Positions 12,374 to 23,357 of a stretch of 64,000 bases of DNA are shown here, in pieces. Position numbers and translations under genes: made by a program. The DNA is from Anaeramoeba ignava BMAN (Eukaryota > Protista > Anaeramoebae): assembly GCA_028826165.1 (NCBI GenBank), contig JAPDFW010000059.1:1240001-1304000 (forward strand). The letters run 5' to 3'. How positions within the stretch are numbered: the stretch's first letter is position 1; every line of letters begins with the position of its first letter. The notes under the pieces were generated by a model, which was given only the letters and a program-made list of their open reading frames with translations, did no database searches and was not told the DNA's origin.

Positions 12374-14616
12374 CTATTTCTTTTTGTGGCCATGTGAATG
12401 ATGCTTATGCTTTTTTTCGTTTTCTTTTTCTTTACTTTTGTGGTTATGTGAATGTTTATGTTTAGGTTTATCTTTTTTGTGATCATTTGAATGATGCTTA
12501 TGCTTTTTTTCTTTTTCTTTACTTTTGTGACTATGTGAATGCTTATGCTCGTTTTCTTTTTCTTTAATTTTGTGGTCATGTGAATGTTTATGTTTAGGTT
12601 TATCTTTTTTGTGATCATTTGAATGATGCTTATGTTTAGGTTTATCTTTTTTGTGATCACGTGAATGTTTATGTTTATCTTTTTTGTGATCATTTGAATG
12701 ATGCTTATGCTTATTTTCTTTTTGATTTTGGTTCATTTGATTTTGATTCATTTGATTTTGATTCATTTGATTTTGATTCATTTGATTTTGATATTGATTA
12801 TTTTGATTCATTTGATTTTGATATTGATTCATTTGATTCATTTGATTCATTTGATTCATTTGATTCATTTGATTCATTTGATTTTGATATTGATTATTTT
12901 GATTCATTTGATTATTTTGATTCATTTGATTTTGAAGTTGATTTAGTTGATTTTGATTTTGATTCATTTGATTTTGAAGTTGATTTAGTTGATTCACTTG
13001 ATTTTGAAATTGGTTATTTTGATTTTGATTCATTTGATTTTCAAATTGATTATTTGGGTTTTGTTGATTCTGTTGAGATATCAATTTATCAAGTTCTTTT
13101 TTATTCTTAATTGTAATATGTTGATATGTGCATTTTTTATGTGTACAACCATCCTTATTAAAATTAATACAAACTTGTCTATTCATTGAAGTCAAGAAAT
13201 TCAGATCAATATTTTTCTTTGATTTAAGTAAATTTGGATTTGGATGAGCAAATTTACAATTAGGATCAGTGCATTTTCTGACAGTTTTTTTTTTTGGATT
13301 GAATAAATCAGGACAAATTTGGGAATTTTCAAAAGGTATTGGTTTTTGTTGATTAAATAGTTGTTGAATTGGTTTTTGAATTGGTTGTTGAATTGGTTTT
13401 TGAATTGGTTTTTGAATTGGTTTGTTGAATTGGTTTGAATTGGTTGTTCTTGTTGTTGTCCTCTTATAAAAGTTGGTTGTTGATGATGTTGAAATCGACA
13501 CCTTTTTTTTGGACATTTTCCTGTTTGAATATATACAGGGCAAACTGTATTTTTCATCTTTAATTCACACAGGAAAAATGAGTTTTTCGGTTTATTTCGA
13601 TCTCGATATTGTCTTTGAGGATCTGCTATATCCATTATTTTTTGATAAAATTTGTTGATTGGATTGACATCTATTTAGTTAAAAAAATATTAATAAAAAA
13701 AAAGGAAAAATATTAATTAAAAAAAAAGGAAAAATAAGAATTAAAAAAAAAAGGAAAAATAAGAATTAAAAAAAAAGGAAAAATATTAATTAAAATTTTT
13801 TTTCTTTGTTTTTTTATTTAGTTTTTTACGTTGATAAGGACAATTAATATCGTTGCATTTCCCATGTCGTAATATATTGAAACATAATATCATTTCTGGT
13901 GGATGTAAAATTGGATCTTTATGTTTCACGTGATCCCATCCATGACACCATTTATCTTTTAATAAATTTGGGCAAATTGTGCTGTTTTGATAATAATTTT
14001 GAAATGGATTTGGATTTTGAAATTGATTTTGATTTTGAAATTGATTTTGATTTGGATTTTGAAATTGATTTGGGTTTTGATTTGGATTTTGATTTGGATT
14101 TTGAAATTGATTTTGATTTTGAAATTGATTTGGGTTTTGATATGGATTTGGGTTTTGAAATTGATTTGGGTTTTGATTATTTTGATTATTTTGATTTTGA
14201 TTTTGATATGGATTTGGATTTTGAAATTGATTTTGGTTTTGATTATTTTGGTTATTTTGATTTTGATTTTGATATGGATTTGGATTTTGAAATTGAAATT
14301 GATTTTGATTTTGAAATTGATTTGGGTTTTGATTATTTTGGTTATTTTGATTTTGATTTTGATATGGATTTGGATTTTGAAATTGATTTTGATTTTGATT
14401 TTGGTTTTGGTTTTGATTATTTTGGTTATTTTGATTTTGATTTGGGTTTTGATTTTGGTTTTGATTTTGATTTTGATCTGGATTTGGACTTGGATTTTGA
14501 TTTGGGTTTTGATTTAGATTTTGATTTGGGTTTTGATTTTGATTTGGGTTTTGATTTGGATTTTGATTTGGATTTTGAAATGGGCTTGGATATTGAAATG
14601 GAATTTGGTTTTGCAT
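12374..14616 (-). CDS. CCCH zinc-finger protein, copy C, with ~200-aa Q/N N-terminus and His/Lys tail (exon 1 14616-13830, exon 2 13670-12374; 1 apparent frameshift ~13430)
   Basis: Same phase-1 intron in CPYQ|H. Fingers CPVYIQTGKCPKKRCRFQH, CPDLFNPKKKTVRKCTDPNCKFAH, CINFNKDGCTHKKCTYQH. Confidence 0.85.
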
Positions 14617-14782
14617 TTTAATTTTGGTATTAAAATTAGTTTTAGAATAAATACAAAAAAAAGGAAAAAAATGAAAAATCAAAAAAAAAGGAAAAAAAAA
14701 ATGAAAAAGGAAAAAAAATGAAAAAGGGAAAAAAAATTTTTTTATATTAAAACCAAAATGAAAATTGGAATTAAAATTAAAA

Positions 14783-16297
14783 TTAATTTTGATTTTGATA
14801 TTGATATGAATTTTGGAATTGATTATAATTTTGAAATGGATTTTGATTTTGATATTGATTTTGATTATTTTGATTATTTTGATTTTGATTATAATTTTGA
14901 TATTGATTTGGATTTGAATTTTGATATTGATTTTGATTGTAATTTTGATTGTAGTTTTGATTGTAATTTTGATTATAATTTTGATTATAATTTTGATTGT
15001 AATATTGAAATTGATTTTGATTATTTTGATTATTTTGATTATTTTGATTTTGATTATAATTTTGATTGTAATATTGATTTTGATTTTGATTTTGATATGG
15101 ATTTGGATTTTGAAATCGAACTTGATTTTGATTATTATTTTGGTTATTTGGATTTGGATTTTGATTTTGATATTGATTTTGAAATTGATTTTGATTTGGA
15201 TTTTGATTTTGATTTGGATTTGGATTTTGATTTTGATTTGGATTTGGGAATTGAAAACGACAATTCATTGGATTTTGATTTTGGTTGTAATTTTGGTTGT
15301 AATTTTGATTTTGATTTTGATTTTGATTGTAATTTTGATTGTAATTTTGAAATTGATTTTGATTTTGATTTTGATTTTGATTTTGATTTTGATATAGATT
15401 TAAATTATCATCTGAACTTTCAGTTTCAGTTTCTGATTCAATTGCCTCTTTAATATGTTGATACTTGCAATATTTATCGCGACAATCTCCGTTATTATAA
15501 TATTTGCAAATGTATCTTTTCATTGAACCTAAAAAATTTGGATCAATATTTGGATTTGATTCAAGTAATTTTGGATTTGGATGAGCAAATGGACAATTAA
15601 TATTAATACATTTTCTGATTTTATTTTTTCTGAAATCAAATAAATCAGGACAAATTTGAGTATATTGAATTGGTATTGCTTTTGGGGATTTTTGTTCTTG
15701 TTTTGGTTGTGGAGGTGGAATGGGTGGAAGTGGTGGATCTTTTCTCACAAAATTTGGGTTTTGATGATGTTGATATGGACAATTTGGATTTGGACAATTT
15801 CCATTTTGAGTATATTGAGGACAAATTGTATTTTGCATTTGTAATTCACATAAATAAAAAGAATTTATTGGTTTATTGTGATCTCGATATTTTTTTTCTG
15901 GATCTGCTTGTTCAATTATTATTTGATGAAATTTATTAATTGGATTAACATCTATTTATTTATTTATTAATTAAAAAAAACACAATAAAAAAAGGAAATT
16001 AAATTAAATTAATTTATTTAAAAGAAAAGAAGAATATAAATTAAATATAAATTAAATAATAAATTTAATTTAAAATTTGTTTTATTTCCCTAATTTCCCA
16101 CTTTTTATTTTTATTTTTATTTTTATTATTTTACGTTGATAAGAACAATTAATATCATTACAACATCCATTTCGAAGTATATTTAAACATAATATTTGAT
16201 TTGGTGGATGTAAAATATTATTTCTTTCTTTAATATGTGAAAATTGATGACACCATTTAAATCTTGTTAAATTAGAACAAATTGAATTATTTTGCAT
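14783..16297 (-). CDS. CCCH zinc-finger protein, copy D, Q/N/Y-rich tail (exon 1 16297-16135, exon 2 15951-14783; intact)
   Basis: 163-nt exon 1 splices in frame to the 14783-15838 ORF; same intron position as the other copies. Confidence 0.88.
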
Positions 16298-16543
16298 TTT
16301 AATTTCCAAAATTAAAAAAGAAAAAAAAGAAAAAAATGAAAAAAAAAGATTTTTATTTATTTAAAAAAAAATTTATTTAAAACAAAAAAAAAGAAAAAGT
16401 GGAATATTTATTTTTTGGAATGAAAAATAAAATTAATTAATTTATTCTCAAATCATTTCAAACAACAAGAAAATTAAAATTGTTTTAAATTTCTAAATAA
16501 TTTTTTCTTTTTTCTTAATTGAAAATTAATTGGAAATTTTGAT

Positions 16544-18889
16544 TTATTTCTTTTGTTTATCTTTTGATTGATGTTTATCTTTTTTATGTTTATCTTTTGA
16601 TTTATGTTTATCTTTTGGATTATGTTTATCTTTTGATTTATGTTTATCTTTTGAATTATGTTTATCTTTTGAATGATGTTTATCTTTTGAATGATGTTTA
16701 TCTTTTGATTTATGTTTATCTTTTGAATGATGTTTATCTTTTGATTTATGTTTATCTTTTGAATTATGTTTATCTTTTGAATGATGTTTATCTTTTGAAT
16801 TATGTTTATCTTTTTTATGTTTATCTTTTGATTTATGTTTATCTTTTGAATGATGTTTATCTTTTGATTTATGTTTATCTTTTGATTTATGTTTATCTTT
16901 TGAATTATGTTTATCTTTTGAATTATGTTTATCTTTTAAATTATGTTTATCTTTTGGATTATGTTTATCTTTTGAATTATGTTTATCTTTTGAATGATGT
17001 TTATCTTTTGATTTATGTTTATCTTTTGAATGATGTTTATCTTTTGATTTATGTTTATCTTTTGAATGATGTTTATCTTTTGAATGATGTTTATCTTTTT
17101 TATGTTTATCTTTTGAATTATGTTTATCTTTTTTATTTTTCTTTTGTGAATGATGTTTATGGTGCTTATGTTGATGATCTTTGTTATTTGCTTTGTAATT
17201 AATGTGTTGATAAGTGCAAAATTGTGTTGGGCAAAATCCTTCTTTTTTAAATTTTTTACAAATTTTTGTTTCCATTGATTTTAAAAAATCATTAGATATT
17301 TGATTTGAAGAAAAATGAGGGTTTGGATGTAAAAATTCACAATTTGGATTAGTACATCCAATTATCTTATCTTCTTTCATTTTAAAATTATCTGGACAAA
17401 TTTGAAATTGATTTTGATTTTGAAATTGATTTGGAAATTGATTTGGATTTGGATTTTGAAATTGATTTGGATTTTGATTTGGAAATTGATTTTGATTTTG
17501 ATTTTCAAATTGATTTGGATTTGGATTTTGAAATTGAAATTGAAATTGATTTTGATTTGGATTTTGATTTTGATTTTGATTTTCAAATTGATTTGGATTT
17601 GGATTTTGAAATTGAAATTGAAATTGATTTTGATTTGGATTTTGATTTGGAAATTGATTTTGAAATTGATTTTGAAATTGATTTGGATTTTGATTTTCAA
17701 ATTGATTTGGATTTGGATTTTGAAATTGATTTGGATTTGGATTTGAATTTTGAAATTGATTTTGATTTTGATTTTGATTTTGATTTTGAAATTGAAATTG
17801 ATTTGGAAATTGATTTTGATTTTGAAATTGATTTTGATTTTGATTTTGATTTTGATTTTGATTTTGAAATTGAAATTGATTTTGAAATTGATTTTGATTT
17901 TGAAATTGATTTTGAAATTGATTTTGATTTAGAAATTGATTTTGATTTGGATTTGAATTTTGAAATTGATTTGGATTTTGATTTTGAAATTGATTTGGAA
18001 ATTGATTTGTTTGATTTATTCCATGATAAATTATAATATGCTGGTAATTGCAATATTTATTTTTACAACCTTCATTATTAAATTTTTGACAAATTTCTCT
18101 TTTCATTTTACTTAAAAATTCTGAATTAATAGTTTTCTTTGATTTAAGTAATTTTGGATTTGGATGAGCAAATGGACAATTAATATTAATACATTTTCCA
18201 ATTTTATTTTTTTTGGAATCAAATAAATAAGGACAAATTTGAGTATATTGAATTGGTATTTTTTGTTTTTCATAATTTGTTCTTGCATTTCCATTTCCTC
18301 TTTTTGATACATAATTTTTCATTGGATCTTTTCTCACAAAATTTGGGTTTTGATGATGTTGATATGGACAATTTAGATTTGGACAATTTCCATTTTGAAT
18401 ATATTGAGGACAAATTGTATTTTGCATTTGTAATTCACATAAATAAAAAGAATTTATTGGTTTATTGTGATCTCGATATTTTTTTTCTGGATCTGCTTGT
18501 TCAATTATTATTTGATGAAATTTATTAATTGGATTAACATCTATTTATTTATTTATTAATTAAAAAAAACACAATAAAAAAAGGAAATTGAATTAAATTA
18601 AATTATTTAAAAGAAAAGAATATAAATTAAATAATAAATTAAATAATAAATTAAATTTAAAATTTGTTTTATTTCCTAATTTCCACTTTTTACTTTTTAT
18701 TTTTATTTTTATTTTTATTATTTTACGTTGATAAGAACAATTAATATCATCACAATATCCATTTCGAAGTATATTTAAACATAATATTTGATTTGGTGGA
18801 TGTAAAGCATTATTTCTTTCTTTAATATGTGAAAATTGATGACACCATTTAAATTTTAATAAATTAGAACAAATTGAATTATTTTGCAT
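16544..18889 (-). CDS. CCCH zinc-finger protein, copy E, with Q/N/F spacer and KDKH(H/N/K)S tail (exon 1 18889-18727, exon 2 18540-16544; intact)
   Basis: In-frame splice to the 627-aa ORF; additional finger pair after the QNF region. Confidence 0.88.
16550..17130 (-). repeat. Coding 18-bp tandem repeat encoding KDKH(H/N/K)S (~30 units)
   Basis: TCTTTTGAATGATGTTTA-type units on the + strand. Confidence 0.9.
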
Positions 18890-19095
18890 TTTAATTTCCA
18901 AAATAAAATAAAAAAAAGAAAAAGAAAAAAATGATTTTTATTTATTTAAAAAAAAATTTATTTAAAATAAAAAAAAAAGAAAAAGTGGAATATTTATTTT
19001 TATTTCTTTCTTTTTATTTCTTTTTATTTCTTTTGGAATGAATAAATAATTTTAGAATAATTTCTTTTTCTTTTTTAAATTTAAAAATAAATACT

Positions 19096-21272
19096 TTATT
19101 TATCATCTGAATCATTTAAATCACTTGAATCATTTATATCATTTATATCACTTAAATCACTTGAATAACTTGAATTTTGTGAATGATGATGATGGTGATG
19201 GTGATGATGATGATTTCTATCTTGTGAATTATTTCTATCTTGTTTATGATGATGATGGTGATGGTGATGATGATGATGATTTCTATCTTGTGAATTATGT
19301 CTATCTTGTGAATGGTGATGGTGGTGATGGTGATGGTGATGGTGGTTGTTTTGTGAATTACTTCGATGTCTTTGTTCTCTTTGAGGATGTTGATATTGTT
19401 GCTGTTGTTGTTGTTGTTGAGGATGATGATGATAATTTGTATTTTGGAATTGATTTGGGAATTTATTTTGATTTTGATTGTAATTTGGTTTTGGATATTG
19501 ATATTGATATTGATTTGGATTTGGATTTGGATTTGGATTTGGGGATTTGGATTTGGATTTGGATTTGGAAATTGAAATTGAAATTGAGAATTCATTGGAT
19601 TTGGATTACGTAATTGATTTTGATTTTGAGATAGAATTGGAAATGGACTTTTTGTTTTATTTGGATTTGGATTATTGAAGAGATTTGGACTTGTTATATT
19701 ATATTCTTTATTTTGTGTAACATTAGTAACATTACGATTTGTTTGATTTATTTCATGATAAATTGTAATATGTTGGTAATTGCAATATTTATTTTTACAA
19801 CCTTCATTATTAAATTTTTGACAAATTTATTTTTGCATTTCACTTAAAAAATCTGGATCAATATTTGGATTTGATTCAAGTAAATTTTGGATTTGGATGA
19901 GCAAATTGACAATTAATATTATTGCATTTTCCAATTTTATTTTTTTTGGAATCAAATAAATCAGGACAAATTTGAGTATATTGAATTGATATTTTTTGTA
20001 AATGAGAATCAACTCTATTTCCTTGATTTTGAATTTGGTTATCATCTAAACTTTCACTTTCACTTTCTGATTGAGTTGATTGTTGTGTAATATGTTGATA
20101 CTTGCAATATTTATTTTTACAACCTCCATTATTATAATATTTGCAAATTTCTCTTTTCATTGAACCTAAAAAATCTGAATTAATATTTGGATTTGATTTA
20201 AGTAATTTTGGATTTGGATGAGCAAATGGACAATTAATATTAATGCATTTTCTGATTTTATTTTTTTGAAATCAAATAAATCAGGACAAATTTGAGTATA
20301 TTGAATTGGTATTTTTTGTAAATGAGAATCAACTCTATTTCCTTGATTTTGAATTTGGTTATCATCTAAACTTTCACTTTCACTTTCTGATTGAGTTGAT
20401 TGTTGTGTAATATGTTGATACTTGCAATATTCATTTTTACAACCTCCATTATTATAATATTTACAAATTTCTCTTTTCATTGAACCTAAAAAATCTGAAT
20501 TAATATTTGGATTTGATTTAAGTAATTTTGGATTTGGATGAGCAAATAGACAATTAATATTATTGCATTTTCTGATTTTATTTTTTCTGAAATCAAATAA
20601 ATAAGGACAAATTTGAGTATATTGAATTGGTATTGCTTTTGGAGAGTTTGGATTTGTTCTTGCATTTCCTTTTCCCTTTTTTGGTACATAATTTTTCATT
20701 GGATCTTTTCTCACAAAATTTGGGTTTTTATGATGTTGATATGGACAATTTGGATTTGGACAATTTGGATTTTGAATATATAGAGGACAAACTGTATTTT
20801 GCATTTGTAATTCACATAAAAAAAAAGAATTTGTTGGTTTATTGCCATATCTATATTTTTTTTCTGGATCTGCTTTTTCAATTATTATTTTATGAAATTT
20901 ATTAATTGGATTAACATCTATTTATTTATTTAATTAATTAAAAAAAACACAATAAAAAAAGGAAATTAAATTAAATTATTTTTTATTTAAAAGAAAAGAA
21001 GAATATAAATTAAATAATAAATTAAATAATAAATTAAATAATAAATTAAATTTGTTTTATTTTCCTAATTTTCCGATTTTTATTTTTATTTTTATTATTA
21101 TTATTTTACGTTGATAAGGACAATTAATATCATTACAACATCCATTTCGAAGTATATTTAAACATAATATTTGATTTGGTGGATGTAAAATATTATTTCT
21201 TTCTTTAACATGTGAAAATTTATGACACCATTTAAATCTTGTTAAATTAGAACAAATTGAATTATCTTGCAT
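19096..21272 (-). CDS. CCCH zinc-finger protein, copy F, with internal ~300-bp module duplication and poly-His tail (exon 1 21272-21110, exon 2 20917-19096; ~3 apparent frameshifts)
   Basis: Same exon 1 and intron. Duplicated module KREICKYYNNGGCK..YCKYQHITQQSTQSESESESLDDNQ...ICPDLFD. C-terminal poly-His blocks end ...DLNDSDDK*. Confidence 0.8.
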
Positions 21273-21523
21273 TTTAATTTTCTAAATAAAAATAAAAAAA
21301 AAAACGAAAAATGATTTTTATTTATTTAAAAAAAAATTTATTTAAAATAAAAAAAAAAGAAAAAGTGGATTATTTATTTCTTTTTAAATTGAAAAATAAA
21401 AATAAAAAAGAAAAAAAAATGAAGTTTTATTATGAGTATTATTTTTGAAAGAAGAAAAAAAAAAGGATAAAGTGGAAGAAAGAAAAGGTGAAAAAGAAAA
21501 CGGAAAAAAAAAAGAAAAAAAAT

Positions 21524-22991
21524 TTATTGAGCTTCTTCTTTTCTAAGTCTTGCATTTGGATTAAGAATCTTGATATCAAGTTCATTTGCTCTTTCGATGA
21601 TAGATTTTCTCTTTTTAGCAGAAACATTGTGAGCAATTTGAGCTGCATATTTTCGATTGTGCATTAATAAAAGTTCAAGTTCTTTTTGATTTGAAATCAC
21701 AACTTTATAAAATCCATTTGGTAACATAAATCTTGTTTTCTTGTTACTTCCATATCCAATATTTGGCATTGGTCGATTTCCTTTCCATTTTTTACGTACT
21801 TTATTATCAATTCCTCTTGGTTTTCTCCAATTTGGCTTTTAATTTTAATTTTAATTTTAATTTTAATTTTATTTTATAAATGAATTTTAATTTTATTTTA
21901 TAAATGAATTTGAATTTTAATTTTAATTATTTTAATTTTATAAATTAATTTTATTTTATAATTTTAAATTTTAATTTTAATTTTAATTTTAATTTTAATT
22001 TTAATTTTAATTTTAATATTGATTTTAATTTTAATTTTATAAATGAATTTAAATTTAAATTTTAATTTTAATTTTAAATTTTAATTTTAATTTTAATTTT
22101 AAATTTAAATTTTAATTTTAATTTGAATTTTTAATTTTAATTTTAATTTTAATTTTAATTTTTAATTTTAATTTTAATTTAATTTTATAAATGAATTTTA
22201 ATTTTAATTTTAATTTTAATTTTAATTTAAATTTTAATTTTAATTTTAATTTTAATTTTAATTTTTTTATATTTTAATTTTAATTTTAATTTTAATTTTA
22301 ATTTTAATTTTAATTTTAATTTTAATTTTAATTTTTAATTTTGTTTTAATTTTTAAATGAATTTTAATTTTGATTTTAATTTTATAAATGAATAGAAAAT
22401 TTTAATTTTAAAAATTTTAATTTTAATTTTTTTTAAAATTTTAAAATTTTTAATTTTTAATTTTAAATTTTAATTTTAAAATATAATTTTAATTTTTAAT
22501 TTTTTTTTAATTTTAATTTTAAAATTTTATTTTTAATTTTAATTTAATTTTAAAAAGAAAGGAAAAATAAAAATGAATTTTTAATTTTAATTTTATAAAT
22601 GAATTTAAATTTAAATTTTTAAATAATTTAATTTTAATTTTAATTTTATAAATGAATTTTTAATTTTAATTTTTATTTTTAATTTTAATTTTTAATTTTA
22701 AATTTTAATTTTAAAAATTTTAATTTTAATTTTAATTTTAATTTTAATTTTAATTTAAATTTTAATATTAAATTTTGATTTTAATTTTAATTTTAAATTT
22801 TAATATTAATTTTATAAATGAATTTTAATTTTGATTTTAATTTTAATTTTATAAATGAATTTAAATTTAAATTTTATAAATGAATTTAAATTTAAATTTA
22901 CTTTGACTGAAATGTATTTATCGGATTGGAATCGAATAAATCTAGCTCTTCTTTTCTTTACAACTTTAATGTGTTTTAGTGGTTTAACCAT
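21524..22991 (-). CDS. RPL32: 60S ribosomal protein L32 (eL32); exon 1 22991-22902, exon 2 21835-21524
   Basis: [30 protein letters not shown]|[41 protein letters not shown]...[17 protein letters not shown]. Confidence 0.97.
21836..22901 (-). repeat. 1066-nt GT-AG intron of RPL32 made almost wholly of (AAAATT)n with interspersed ATTCATTTATAAA units
   Basis: GTAAAT donor and AAAAG acceptor give an in-frame eL32. Confidence 0.9.
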
Positions 22992-23357
22992 TTTTCTGTA
23001 AATAAAAATGAATAGAAAAAAAAAAGAATAAAAGATGAATAAAAGATAAAAAAGTTGAAAAATGGTTGATAATTTAAATATTTTAAAAGAAGTTTTTGTG
23101 TGTTTTTCTATTTATTTTAAAATATTTTTTTTTTTTATATTTTACTTTATTGATAAAAAAAGAAAGGAAAAAATGAAAAAAAAATAATTAAAAAAAAAAT
23201 TTTTTTTTTGTTTTGAATAATAATAATTAGTAAAAATTAAAAATAAATTAGTAATTTTTCTTTTTTATTATTTTTTTTATTTTATTTTTTTTTCATTTTT
23301 TTTATTTTAAATTTTAATTAAAAAAAATAATAATAATAAAAATAATAAAAATCAATT

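Noticed and set aside
7349-20905. Plus-strand and alternate-frame ORFs over the CCCH array (DFDFD, LILIW, YVYLLN)
   Set aside because: Antisense or frame shadows of coding low-complexity repeats.
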